From positions 64,001 through 128,000 of the forward strand of contig JBFXKG010000006.1 in assembly GCA_050174015.1 (NCBI GenBank): a DNA stretch of 64,000 bases, read 5' to 3'. Made by a program: the position numbers and the translations under genes. A model generated the notes under the pieces. The model made no database searches and was not told the origin of the DNA. It was given only the letters and a program-made list of their open reading frames with translations. Within the stretch, counting starts at the first letter, position 1. Every line of letters begins with the position of its first letter. Positions 20,505-29,940 of the stretch are shown piece after piece. This DNA is from Candidatus Krumholzibacteriia bacterium. Lineage in GTDB: Bacteria; Krumholzibacteriota; Krumholzibacteriia; LZORAL124-64-63.

Positions 20505-21989
20505 ATGGCCGACACCAGCAGTCCCAAGCGGGAAATCAACAAGAGCAAGACCAAGATTCCCATGCGGGAGCAGGCGCCCCAGGACCGCATCTTCAACTTC
20601 GAGGAAGTGCCCCTGGGCTACAACGAGATCGAGGCGACCCAGGAAGCGTTGCGCTGCATCCAGTGCAAGAACAAGCCCTGCGTGGCGGGTTGCCCGGTGG
20701 GCATCGACATCCCCGCCTTCCTGAAGCTGGTCGGCGAGAAGGACTACGAGGGGGCCCTGCGCAAGATCAAGGAGAAGAACTTCCTGCCCGCCATCTGCGG
20801 CCGGGTCTGCCCGCAGGAGGACCAGTGCGAGATGGTCTGCACCCTGAACAAGCCGGACAAGGGCCGCGAGCCCGGCGGCGTGGGCAGGGTGGAGCGCTTC
20901 CTGGGCGACTACGCCATGGAGCACAACCTGACCATCACCCCCGAGGTGGCGCCCCCGACCGGCAAGAAGGTCGCCGTCATCGGCTCGGGTCCCGCCGGAC
21001 TGACCGCCGCCAGCGACCTGGCCCAGAAGGGCCACGACGTGACGGTGTTCGAGGCCCTGCACAAGCCCGGCGGCGTCCTCTTCTACGGCATCCCCCAGTT
21101 CCGGCTGCCCAAGGAGATCCTGGTCCGCGAGATCGACGGATTGAAGGACATGGGCGTGAAGTTCGTGATGAACTATCCGGTGGGGAAGGCGGAGAGCCTC
21201 AACAGCATCCGCGAGCGCTTCGACGCCGTCCTGATCGGCACGGGCGCGGGCCTGCCCTGGTTCCTGGGCATTCCCGGGGAGAACCTCAACGGCGTGTACA
21301 GCGCCAACGAGTTCCTCACCCGGGTCAATCTCATGGGCGGGTACAAGTTCCCCGGCGGGGCGGACACCCCCGTCAAGAAGATCAAGCGCATCGCCGTGAT
21401 CGGGGCCGGCAACACGGCCATGGACTCGGCCCGCACCGCCAAGCGCCTGCAGCCCGAGGTGGTCTACCTGGTGTACCGGCGCAGCCGCCTGGAGATGCCC
21501 GCCCGCATCGAGGAGATCCACCACGCCGAACAGGAGGGGGTGGAGTTCAACCTGCTGCACTCCCCCATCGAGATCGTCGACGACGGCAAGGGGGCGGTCG
21601 GGGCCATCCTCTGCCAGGAGATGGAACTGGGCGAGCCCGACGCCAGCGGACGCCGCCGTCCGGTCCCCATCGAGGGCAAGGTCAAGGAATTCGCCGTGGA
21701 CACGGTGGTCATCGCCATCGGCCAGGGTCCGAATCCCCTGCTGACCGCCGACGTGCCCGAACTGGAACGGGATCCCCGGAAGGGCATCATCCTGACCAAC
21801 GAGTGGATGCAGTCCAGCCTGCCCGACTGCTTCGCCGCGGGGGACATCGTCACCGGAGGGGCCACCGTGATCCTGGCCATGGGCCAGGGCCGCAAGGCCG
21901 CCGACGCCATGCACCGCTACCTGATGACCGGCGACCCCGCCCCGCGGGGCGGAGAATCCGGCGACGTCTGCGGGAACTTCCCGGGCTGA
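20505..21989 (+). CDS. nfnB: NfnB/SudA-like Fe-S flavoprotein (GltD homologue)
   Basis: RCIQCKNKPCVAGCP, CGRVCPQEDQCE, GSGPAG, GAGNTAMD, YRRS, GGATVILAMG; paired with nfnA and no gltB nearby. Confidence 0.88.
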   Translation: MADTSSPKREINKSKTKIPMREQAPQDRIFNFEEVPLGYNEIEATQEALRCIQCKNKPCVAGCPVGIDIPAFLKLVGEKDYEGALRKIKEKNFLPAICGRVCPQEDQCEMVCTLNKPDKGREPGGVGRVERFLGDYAMEHNLTITPEVAPPTGKKVAVIGSGPAGLTAASDLAQKGHDVTVFEALHKPGGVLFYGIPQFRLPKEILVREIDGLKDMGVKFVMNYPVGKAESLNSIRERFDAVLIGTGAGLPWFLGIPGENLNGVYSANEFLTRVNLMGGYKFPGGADTPVKKIKRIAVIGAGNTAMDSARTAKRLQPEVVYLVYRRSRLEMPARIEEIHHAEQEGVEFNLLHSPIEIVDDGKGAVGAILCQEMELGEPDASGRRRPVPIEGKVKEFAVDTVVIAIGQGPNPLLTADVPELERDPRKGIILTNEWMQSSLPDCFAAGDIVTGGATVILAMGQGRKAADAMHRYLMTGDPAPRGGESGDVCGNFPG

Positions 21990-22007
21990 TCCCCGATCTG
22001 GACGGAA

Positions 22008-22040
22008 GAAACCCCCGGTCCGCAAGGGCCGGGGGTTTTT
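22008..22040 (+). terminator. Intrinsic terminator, likely bidirectional, between nfnB and purN
   Basis: AAACCCCCGGTCC-GCAA-GGGCCGGGGG followed by TTTTT. Confidence 0.85.
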
Positions 22041-22065
22041 GCGACCCTTGACCGCCGCCTCGCGC

Positions 22066-22671
22066 TCAGAGCAGGGTCCGGGCGAGGTCGGCGAGGACGC
22101 GGGGATAGAGCTCGCATTCCGCCGCGAACACCCGGTCGGCCAGGGAATGGACGTCGTCGCCGGGCAGGACCGGAACCTCCTGCCGGCCGAGGATGCGGCC
22201 GTGGTCGTACTGGTCGTCCACCAGGTGGACCGTGCAGCCGGTGACCTTCTCCCCCGCCTCGAGCACCGCCTGGTGCACCCGGTCCCCGTAAAACCCCTGT
22301 CCCCCGAACTTCGGCAGCAGGGCCGGGTGGATGTTGACCACCGGTCCGGTGAACCAGTCGGGATGGACGTAGAAACACAGGTAGCCGGCCAGGACGATCA
22401 GGCGGGGAGCCAGCGGTTCCAGCCAGGCGTTCACGGCGCCGTTGTGCTCCCGGACTCCCGGGTAGTCCTTGCGCCGGAAGACGGCCGAGGGGATGCCCGC
22501 TTCCTGCGCGACCTCAAGCCCGCGTACGCCGGGCCGGCTGGACACGACGCCGACGACGTCCAGGGGCAGGTCGTCGGATCGGATCCGCGCCAGCAGGTTC
22601 GCGAGGGTCCGGCCGCTCCCCGAAAGCAGGACGGCGGTCCGGACCGCCGCCCGGTCCCGGTCATGCGTCAT
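22066..22671 (-). CDS. purN: Phosphoribosylglycinamide formyltransferase
   Basis: LLSGSGRTL, LAGY, NIHPALLPKFGG, GCTVHLVDDQYDHG. Confidence 0.95.
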   Translation of the reverse strand: MTHDRDRAAVRTAVLLSGSGRTLANLLARIRSDDLPLDVVGVVSSRPGVRGLEVAQEAGIPSAVFRRKDYPGVREHNGAVNAWLEPLAPRLIVLAGYLCFYVHPDWFTGPVVNIHPALLPKFGGQGFYGDRVHQAVLEAGEKVTGCTVHLVDDQYDHGRILGRQEVPVLPGDDVHSLADRVFAAECELYPRVLADLARTLL

Positions 22672-23218
22672 GGTTCGCCTCCTTCGCTTCGCGGTCGGGA
22701 CCCGGCAGGATCTCCCGCGCCAGCCTGGACAGGACCCGGCGGTGCGCGGCGAAGGCGATCGGCCCCGGCAAATCGTCCAGGGGATGGAAGCCCGCCTCGG
22801 CCGCGTCGTCCCCGGCGCAGAGTTCGCCGCCGACCTCCTCGGCCCGGTAGAACACCACCAGCACGGGCCGGTCGGGAGGCAGCATCCCCGTTTCCACCGC
22901 GTAGAGGCCGGCCAGCCGCACCACGAGTCCGGTCTCCTCCAGGGTCTCCCGGACCGCCGTCTCCTCCACGGTTTCGTCCCACTCCATGAAGCCCGTGGGC
23001 AACGACCACAGTCCCTGCCGGGGCGGGAACTTGCGCCGGACGAGACAGACCGCGCCGTCCCGCACCAGGATCACCCCGGCCCCGGGCGCGGGGTTGAGGT
23101 ACTGGACAAAGCCGCATTCGGAGCACCAGGGCCGCTCTCGGCCCCCTTCGGAGCGCGAGCCGAGTTCGCTCCCGCAACGGGGACAGAAGACGAAGCGGTG
23201 ACGGTCGACCGCGGTCAT
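22661..23218 (-). CDS. NUDIX hydrolase with N-terminal zinc ribbon
   Basis: CPRC...CSEC, YLNP, Nudix box GFMEWDETVEETAVRETLEETGL. Confidence 0.92.
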   Translation of the reverse strand: MTAVDRHRFVFCPRCGSELGSRSEGGRERPWCSECGFVQYLNPAPGAGVILVRDGAVCLVRRKFPPRQGLWSLPTGFMEWDETVEETAVRETLEETGLVVRLAGLYAVETGMLPPDRPVLVVFYRAEEVGGELCAGDDAAEAGFHPLDDLPGPIAFAAHRRVLSRLAREILPGPDREAKEANHDA

Positions 23219-24828
23219 GGGCGCCTCCCCCTTCCGCGTTCAGGGATCACGCCCAGGAGGATCCAACCCGCCACGAAGCCCAGCAGGGGCCAGGCCCCGA
23301 GCCTCACGTAGAGCGTCCCGCCGTCGCCCGGGGTGATGCTGGCGGCGACCATTCCCCGGCGTCCCAGCTCGAGCCAGTCCAGGATGCGTCCCTCGGCGTC
23401 GCCGATGAAGCTGATCCCGTTGTTGGCGCAGCGGATCACCGGGACCCCGCACTCGACCGCCCGCAGTCGCGCCAGCCAGGCGTGCTGCCGCGGTCCCGCC
23501 GTCCGGCCGAACCAGCCGTCGTTGGTGATGACCACCAGGCACCCGCTGCCGTCCCGCACCGGTCCCCGGGCGAGGTCGGAGAAGATCGATTCGAAGCAGA
23601 TCATGGCGGAGAATCGGAAGCCATCCAGGGGGGGACCGGCGGCCAGGGGCCGCGGGTACGGACCCGGCGTCCACTCGGCCTGGCCCACGTCGACCTTCGC
23701 CAGGAACGGCAGGAGCGAAGTGAAGGGCATCGCCTCGCCGATGGGCAGCAGGTGATGCTTGGCGTACTGGTCGATCAGGGCCCCGTCCGGCGAGAAGAGC
23801 CCCGAGGAGTTGGTCGTCGTGATGCCCCCGTCGGGCCTGCGTTCCGCATCGGGGAACCCCGTGAAGACGTGGGCCCCCGACTTGCGGACCACCTCCCGGG
23901 TCCAGGCCAGCAGAGGATTGTCATGGCGCACGTAGGCGGGCACCGCGGTCTCCGGCCAGACGATGAAGCGCGCTCCCCGGTCCGCCGCCCGCGCGGTCCA
24001 TTCGGCCAGCGGCACGCGCGTCGAGTCGAGCTTGTCCTTCGCCCACTTGTCCGCGAGGGCCACGTCGGGCTGGATGGCCGCGACCTGGAGCTCGGCCGGC
24101 CCGCCCCCGCCGACGTCGGCCGGGCCGGGCCGCACCATCAACGCCCCGGCTGCGAGCCAGACCCACCACAGGAGAGCCATGGCGGCTATGGGAACGACAC
24201 GCCGCCGGTCGCCGCGGGGACCCCCTTCCCCCGAGCCTGGCAGCACCACGGCCAGCAGAGCGGCCAGGAAGGCGATCCCGGCGCCGACCCCGATCTCGCC
24301 CGAGGTCCGGGCGAGCCCCAGCAGGGGCGTGCCGATCAGGGCGGAGCCGCTCAGGCACCAGGAGAAGCCCAGCTCCCCGCGGGACCGCAGGGCCTCCATC
24401 CCGATCCACAGCACCGGCAGCAGCCAGGCTCCGCTGCGCCGGAGAACGCCGGACCGCAGCTTGCCGTAGACCCAGCCCATCGCCAGATAGAAGCAGGAGA
24501 CGTAGAGGATGGCGCCGAGGGCCTGGATGGGCACCAGGGCCCGGGTGGGGATGGTCTTCGCCGGATCGAGGAAGAACAGCCAGTGCAGCAGGGTGGCCTG
24601 GTGGACGAGGCCGAACACCAGGGCGGTGCGTCCCGGCCGGGGGGCCGACCGCAGCACCCGGAACAGCAGGGCCACGGGGACGGGGGCCAGCAGCCCCGTC
24701 CAGGCGAACGGAGGCAGGGCCAGGGTCAGACCCAGGCCCGCGAGTCCCGCCTGCAGATAGGACCGCCTGGCGCCGCCGGGCATGCGCAGGGGCGCGTCGT
24801 CATCCTGCCGGAATTCCATGTCGGGCAA
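23215..24828 (-). CDS. lnt: Apolipoprotein N-acyltransferase
   Basis: Multi-TM N-terminus, VWPET, YAKHHLLPIGE, ICFES, TNDGWFG, RCANNGIS. Start uncertain (24828 or 24819). Confidence 0.95.
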   Translation of the reverse strand: MPDMEFRQDDDAPLRMPGGARRSYLQAGLAGLGLTLALPPFAWTGLLAPVPVALLFRVLRSAPRPGRTALVFGLVHQATLLHWLFFLDPAKTIPTRALVPIQALGAILYVSCFYLAMGWVYGKLRSGVLRRSGAWLLPVLWIGMEALRSRGELGFSWCLSGSALIGTPLLGLARTSGEIGVGAGIAFLAALLAVVLPGSGEGGPRGDRRRVVPIAAMALLWWVWLAAGALMVRPGPADVGGGGPAELQVAAIQPDVALADKWAKDKLDSTRVPLAEWTARAADRGARFIVWPETAVPAYVRHDNPLLAWTREVVRKSGAHVFTGFPDAERRPDGGITTTNSSGLFSPDGALIDQYAKHHLLPIGEAMPFTSLLPFLAKVDVGQAEWTPGPYPRPLAAGPPLDGFRFSAMICFESIFSDLARGPVRDGSGCLVVITNDGWFGRTAGPRQHAWLARLRAVECGVPVIRCANNGISFIGDAEGRILDWLELGRRGMVAASITPGDGGTLYVRLGAWPLLGFVAGWILLGVIPERGRGRRP

Positions 24829-24941
24829 GTTAGCCTGCCCCCCGGCTCCTGTCTAGATCGGGTTCCCCGGCGGACCCCGGCCCCCGGCCCGGTTCGCGAA
24901 CCCGGATGACCTGGACCGGAGGATCGCCTGCCGCCGCGCCG

Positions 24942-26456
24942 TCAAGGGGACGCGATCAGGTCGGTCATCCCGTACCTCTGGATCTTCTTGTAGAGGCCCT
25001 GACGGGACAACCCCAGGCGGCGGGCGGCGGCTGCCTTCCGCCCGCCCGCCGCGGCGATGGCCTTGCGGATGAGATACCGTTCCAGCATCTCGCCGGCCTT
25101 GTCCAGCTCCCGCAGCGTGCCGAGATCGGCCGGGTCGACGGGACTGGTGCCCTGATCCCTGATCTCCGGGGACAGGTGGTGGAGCTCGACCGTGGAGACC
25201 TGGGGGTAGAGCGCCAGGAAGCGCTGCACCTCGTTCTCCAGCTCACGCACGTTGCCGGGCCACCGCCAGGCCTGGAGCGCGGCCAGGCATTCGTCGGTCA
25301 TGGTCATCCGGGGAATGGGCCGGCCGTTGCGGCGCAGGAAGTAGGCGAAGAGGTGGGCGACGTCCTCGGGCCGGTGGCGGAGGGGCGGAACCTCCAGGCT
25401 GACGACCTTCAGGCGGTAGTAGAGGTCCAGGCGGAAATTGCCGGCGGCGATCTCGGCGAACAGGTTCTTATGGGTCGCGGCCACGAAGCGGATGTCCACC
25501 GGCCGCGCCTGCAGCTCCCCGATGCGCCGGACCTTCCGCTCCTGCATGACCCTCAGCAGCTTGATCTGCAGGGACAGGGGCATGTCCCCGATCTCGTCCA
25601 GGAAGAAGGTCCCCCCGTCGGCGGACGCGAGGAGCCCCTTCTTGTCACCGGCCGCCCCGGTGAAGGCCCCGGCGCGGTGCCCGAACAGCTCGCTCTCGAA
25701 GAGCGTTTCGGGCAGGGCCGCGCAGTTCTGGCCCACGAACGGTCCCTTGCCCCGCGGCCCGAGGGCATGGACGGCCGCGGCGATGATCTCCTTGCCGGTG
25801 CCGCTCTCGCCGTAGAGCAGGACGTTGGCCTCGCTCCGGGCCACACCCTGCAGGGTCGCACCCAGCCTCACCATCTCCTCGCTGACCCCGATGCAGCCGG
25901 GAATCCCCGGGATGGTCTGGGGCCTGGGCAGGGGTCGGTCCCCCTTGCGGTCGACGGGCGCGCGACGGCGGCCTCGTCCCGGCCCGCCTCCATCCATCCC
26001 CACGCCGGAGGCCGGGAACAGGCGCAGCTGGCCGGGGGGGTCCGGCCATCCATCCCCGTCCCCGCACACGTCCAGCTGGGGCAGGAGGGGTCCCAGCCGA
26101 CCGGCCAGCCTCTGGACCCAGAGGAAGATCCCCTCCCGCCACGGCTCGTCGGCCTCGAACCACAGGGCGAGGCTGCCGTAGGACCGCTCCCCCGTCCCCA
26201 GGGGTTCGATCCAGAGCGCGGCCTTCCCGTCGGGAAACAGGAGTTCCTCCCGCTGGTCCTGGATCGCCCTCATCATGGCGCCCAGCGGGGGGCCCAGGGC
26301 GGACCTGACGGCGGGGCTGCCCAGGGACCAGCGGAAGACGAGATGGAGCGGCCCGGCGGGATCGGGCCCCTCGCGGCGGACCACCCAGAGGGCGGCCGCT
26401 TTGCAACCATGCGGAAAAGTCCGGATTTCCTCGTTCCAAAACAGTCTGGTATTCAT
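24942..26456 (-). CDS. Sigma-54-dependent transcriptional activator (AAA+ with Fis-type HTH) and unrecognised N-terminal domain
   Basis: GESGTGKE, ESELFGH, GAFTGA, FLDEIG, FRLDLYYRL, WPGNVREL, AARRLGLSRQGLYKK. Start taken at MNTRLFW (26456) after GGGGGAA. Confidence 0.93.
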   Translation of the reverse strand: MNTRLFWNEEIRTFPHGCKAAALWVVRREGPDPAGPLHLVFRWSLGSPAVRSALGPPLGAMMRAIQDQREELLFPDGKAALWIEPLGTGERSYGSLALWFEADEPWREGIFLWVQRLAGRLGPLLPQLDVCGDGDGWPDPPGQLRLFPASGVGMDGGGPGRGRRRAPVDRKGDRPLPRPQTIPGIPGCIGVSEEMVRLGATLQGVARSEANVLLYGESGTGKEIIAAAVHALGPRGKGPFVGQNCAALPETLFESELFGHRAGAFTGAAGDKKGLLASADGGTFFLDEIGDMPLSLQIKLLRVMQERKVRRIGELQARPVDIRFVAATHKNLFAEIAAGNFRLDLYYRLKVVSLEVPPLRHRPEDVAHLFAYFLRRNGRPIPRMTMTDECLAALQAWRWPGNVRELENEVQRFLALYPQVSTVELHHLSPEIRDQGTSPVDPADLGTLRELDKAGEMLERYLIRKAIAAAGGRKAAAARRLGLSRQGLYKKIQRYGMTDLIASP

Positions 26457-26522
26457 GATTCCCCCCGGCGCATGAGGCGAGCACGTCCAAGGACACCTGG
26501 CCCTCCAGGGCCGCCATCCTTC

Positions 26523-26539
26523 AGCAGGCGCCGGGCCCG
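26523..26539 (-). promoter_or_regulatory. Possible sigma-54 promoter of the activator gene
   Basis: CGGGCCCGGCGCCTGCT has GG-N10-GC spacing and lies just downstream of an AT-rich tract; imperfect match. Confidence 0.35.
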
Positions 26540-26667
26540 GAAGAGTGGGGTCACGAAATGGGGATGGAATAAATTCAAGAATACATAAAACGTTTAACCA
26601 TAAAATTTTGGAAGAAGTTCCCAGAATGAACATGAACGACTGGAAATGGCCTGGGAGCGCCCTGAGG

Positions 26668-26792
26668 TGTCCCGCCGCCGGGACTTTGCGGGACACGATG
26701 GGACACCGGAAAGGCCACGCCGTTGCGTCCCCGGCAATTACACCCGGCGAGCGTTCCGGGACACTCCGTCCTGTTGGGACAGTCCAGGACTG
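26668..26792. promoter_or_regulatory. Cluster of GGGACA/TGTCCC motifs (candidate enhancer)
   Basis: TGTCCC 26668, GGGACT 26680, GGGACA 26690, 26700, 26758 and 26776; palindrome CAGTCC-A-GGACTG 26780-26792. Confidence 0.5.
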
Positions 26793-26800
26793 ACCCGTTT

Positions 26801-27814
26801 TCAGAATCCCAACTCGACCGGAACCGACCCTTCCCTGACCTCCCCGATGGGCAGGGCGGGGATTCCCGCAGCGGTGTCGAGCGCCAGCCCGGCCGGGACG
26901 AACACCACCATGCCGATCCCCATGTTGAAGACCCGGTACATCTCGGCGGGATCGACGCCGCCCCTGGCGGCGATGAGGGTGAAGATGGGAGGAACGGTCC
27001 AGGCGGTAGGATCGATGACGGCGGTGAGGCCCCCGGGGAGCACCCTGGGGATGTTGTCCGTGAAGCCGCCGCCGGTGATGTGGGCCAGGCCGTGGACCGC
27101 CTCGCGCCCGCAGGCGGACCACACGGCGCGCAGGTCCCCGAGGTAGCTGCGGTGGACGGCCAGCAGCGCCTCGCCCACGGACGCGCCCCCCAGCTCGGCA
27201 GGCCGGTCGGCGACGGTGAAGCCGGTCTTCTCCAGCAGGACCGCCCGGGCCAGGGAATAGCCGTTGGTGTGCAGGCCGGTGCTGGGCAGGCCCCAGATCC
27301 GGTCGCCCGGCCGGATGGCCCGGCCGTCGATGACGTGCTCGGGCAGCACCCGGCCGACGATGGTTCCGGCCAGGTCGAACTCGCCGGCGCCGTAGACACC
27401 GGGCATCTCGGCCGTCTCCCCCCCCAGCAGGGCGCACCCGTTCTCGCGGCAGGCCTTGGCGAAACCGCCGATCACCGCGGGCAACACGTCCTCCTGCAGC
27501 CGCGAGGTGGCGAAGTAGTCCAGGAAGAACAGGGGCTCGGCCCCCTGCACCAGGATGTCGTCCACGCAGTGGTTCACCAGGTCCTGCCCCACCGTGTCGT
27601 AGACCCCGGCCATGCGGGCGATCATCACCTTGGTGCCGACCCCGTCGACGCTCGCCACCAGCAGGGGTCCGCCGGGATCGGGCTGGTACAGCCCGCCGAA
27701 GGCCCCGATCTCGTTGCGGACCCTCCGGTCCCAGGTGGACTTGACGGCGTCTTTGCTGCGGGCGAGGGCCCGGGTGGCGGCGTCGATGTTCACACCGCTG
27801 TCGGCATACTTCAT
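26801..27814 (-). CDS. purM: Phosphoribosylformylglycinamidine cyclo-ligase
   Basis: MKYADSGVNID, DGVGTK, PLFFLDY, GGETAEMPG, GLHTNGYSL, HITGGG, FNMGIG. Confidence 0.97.
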   Translation of the reverse strand: MKYADSGVNIDAATRALARSKDAVKSTWDRRVRNEIGAFGGLYQPDPGGPLLVASVDGVGTKVMIARMAGVYDTVGQDLVNHCVDDILVQGAEPLFFLDYFATSRLQEDVLPAVIGGFAKACRENGCALLGGETAEMPGVYGAGEFDLAGTIVGRVLPEHVIDGRAIRPGDRIWGLPSTGLHTNGYSLARAVLLEKTGFTVADRPAELGGASVGEALLAVHRSYLGDLRAVWSACGREAVHGLAHITGGGFTDNIPRVLPGGLTAVIDPTAWTVPPIFTLIAARGGVDPAEMYRVFNMGIGMVVFVPAGLALDTAAGIPALPIGEVREGSVPVELGF

Positions 27815-27852
27815 GGGAGGCTCCCGGTGGAAGGGCTGGCAACGTCCAGGGG

Positions 27853-27881
27853 ATAGTAAGCGGAGGGAACGCCCCGATCAA
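27853..27881 (-). promoter_or_regulatory. Putative promoter of purM
   Basis: TTGATC-N17-TACTAT. Confidence 0.55.
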
Positions 27882-27897
27882 GGCCCGGCGAACCGGT

Positions 27898-28860
27898 TCA
27901 GTCGGCGGACTCCCGTTCCCGGAGGGAGTACTGGGCCAGGCGGCGGTTCAGGGCGTCCAGCACCGCGAAGACCACCGCCTGCTGCCGGTTGTGGCGCAGG
28001 GAGCAGGTCCCGAACAGGGTCTCGCTGCGGCGGCCCTCCACCAGCCCGACGGCCGCCAGGAAGACCGGCTGACCGGCGATGGTGGTGGTCCGGATCTCGA
28101 CCAGGTTGAGCAGGACCTTCTCCTTCACGATCCGGTTGACCGCTTCCAGGGCGGCCTCGGCGACCAGGGTCACGTCGCTGTCCGGATGATTGGGGCCCTC
28201 GCGGGTGCCCCGGGCCTCGAACCCGCCGGCCTGCAACTGGACCTCGGCCCGGATCAGGCTCTCCGAGGCCAGGACTCCCACCCCGCTGCACAGGATGCGG
28301 AGGGCTCCGTCCTCGGCGACGAGAATGGCGGGAATGGGGTCGGGGCGGGAACCGGCCACCTCGCCGGGTCCGGTCCCGGACGCGGGTCGCGGCGCTTCGG
28401 GTTCGAGAGGCTGCCCGAACTCGAAATCCCAGTCGTCCTGGTCCTCGAAACCGGGCGGGTGGAAGCTCACGCCGAGGACATCGGGATCAGCGTCAGGCCC
28501 ATCCGTGCAGGGCTCGGGTGCGGGGGAACCCCCGCCGGGCTGGTGGATCCGCGGCGCGGCGCCGGCACCGGGACCGGCGGCGACCGCACGAGGTCCGGCC
28601 ACCGGGTCGCCGCTGTCGAGGACCTGGACGACGCCGATCTTCTTGTAGTAGACGTCGATGCCCAGGCGGGCCTTCAACAGGCTCTCCACGTCCCGGACGA
28701 TGTGCCGCGGCTCCCGCTCGAACCCGGCGACGACGTGGACGCCGGCGACCTCACCGTCGGGATCCAGCTCGATCTTGCACTGAAGGACGCCCTTGATCTG
28801 GCTGATCCAACGCTGTGCGTCGGCGACCCAGGCATCCCTCTCGTTGGGCTCCCACTCCAA
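27898..28860 (-). CDS. Conserved-looking hypothetical protein: two globular domains joined by a Pro/acidic linker
   Basis: N-domain VHVVAG...PRHIVRDVES...KKIGVVQ; C-domain ends AVVFAVLDALNRRL; AGGAG upstream of the start. Confidence 0.75.
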   Translation of the reverse strand: MEWEPNERDAWVADAQRWISQIKGVLQCKIELDPDGEVAGVHVVAGFEREPRHIVRDVESLLKARLGIDVYYKKIGVVQVLDSGDPVAGPRAVAAGPGAGAAPRIHQPGGGSPAPEPCTDGPDADPDVLGVSFHPPGFEDQDDWDFEFGQPLEPEAPRPASGTGPGEVAGSRPDPIPAILVAEDGALRILCSGVGVLASESLIRAEVQLQAGGFEARGTREGPNHPDSDVTLVAEAALEAVNRIVKEKVLLNLVEIRTTTIAGQPVFLAAVGLVEGRRSETLFGTCSLRHNRQQAVVFAVLDALNRRLAQYSLRERESAD

Positions 28861-28908
28861 TGAACTGCTCCCTGGATTTCTGATGGATCAGCATGGATCT
28901 GATGCACC

Positions 28909-28937
28909 ATCGTACCACAGCCTAATAATTCCAACAA
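28909..28937 (-). promoter_or_regulatory. Putative promoter of the 28860 gene
   Basis: TTGTTG-N17-TACGAT with an extended TGTG before the -10, in AT-rich context. Confidence 0.5.
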
Positions 28938-29030
28938 GATGTTCTTGAAAAGCACCCGAAATCAGACGCTTTTCCGGGCCCGTCCCGGGTCGCGGGAGCC
29001 GCGGGATCCCACAGGAACACCGTCCGGCCT

Positions 29031-29939
29031 TCAGGGGATCATCATCCCCTCGAGGACGGCCTTGCGCCTGGCGTAGGCCTCATCGGTCACCGCCATCAGG
29101 CCCTCGACGCTGAACCCCTCGGGACAGAAGCTGGCCGTCACCGTCCCGTCGAGCATGGCCCTCCGGAAGACCTCGTCGCCGTCCCCGCGGGTGGCGCCGG
29201 CCTCGGCCAGGCTGCCCATGAAGCCCCCGGCGAAGCTGTCCCCCGCTCCCGTCGGATCGACCACGTCGTCGAGGATGATGGCCGGCACGGCCAGGACCGA
29301 ATCCCGGCCGAAGAACAGGGCGCCGTGCTCGCCCTTCTTGATGATCACGCGTCCGGGACCCATGGCGGCGATGGCGGCGGCGGCGCGGGCGAGACTGCGC
29401 TCGCCCGTCAACATCCGGGCCTCGCCGTCGTTGACCAGCAGGACGTCGACCCGGGCCAGGACCTCCAGCAGCTGGGGCCGGGTGGTCTCGATCCAGAGGT
29501 TCATGGTGTCCAGCGCCACGAGGCCGGGACCGGCGACGAGGTCCAGCACCTGGGCCTGAAGGGTCGGGTGGATGTTGGCCAGGAAGATGTATTCGCTGTC
29601 CAGCCAGTCCCCTGGAATCTCCGGCTGGAAATCGGCGAAGACTCCCAGCTCGGTGGCCAGGGTGTCCCGCTCGATCATGTCGGCATGGTAACGTCCGGAC
29701 CAGTGGAAGCTCGCCCCGGGACGGCGGACGATGCCGGCGGTCCGCGCTCCGGCGCTCCGGATCAATTCCAGGTCGGACTCCCGGAAGTCGTCGCCGACCA
29801 CTCCCACGCAGCGGACGGGGCCCCGGCCGCGGGCGGCCACGGCGAAGAAGCTCGCGCTCCCGCCGAGCTGGCGTTCCCTGCGTTCGCGGGTCGTCTCGAC
29901 GGTGTCGTAGGCCACGGATCCGACAACGAGAATCGCCAT
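29031..29939 (-). CDS. PfkB/ribokinase-family sugar or nucleoside kinase
   Basis: GSVAYD, LGGSASF, LDTMNLWI, IKKGEHG, DPTGAGDSFAGG. Confidence 0.93.
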   Translation of the reverse strand: MAILVVGSVAYDTVETTRERRERQLGGSASFFAVAARGRGPVRCVGVVGDDFRESDLELIRSAGARTAGIVRRPGASFHWSGRYHADMIERDTLATELGVFADFQPEIPGDWLDSEYIFLANIHPTLQAQVLDLVAGPGLVALDTMNLWIETTRPQLLEVLARVDVLLVNDGEARMLTGERSLARAAAAIAAMGPGRVIIKKGEHGALFFGRDSVLAVPAIILDDVVDPTGAGDSFAGGFMGSLAEAGATRGDGDEVFRRAMLDGTVTASFCPEGFSVEGLMAVTDEAYARRKAVLEGMMIP

Positions 29940-29940
29940 C

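Noticed and set aside
24942..27881. 979-aa ORF suggesting a giant sigma54 activator
   Set aside because: The upstream part overlaps purM in another frame and crosses AT-rich intergenic DNA; the plausible start is ATG 26456.
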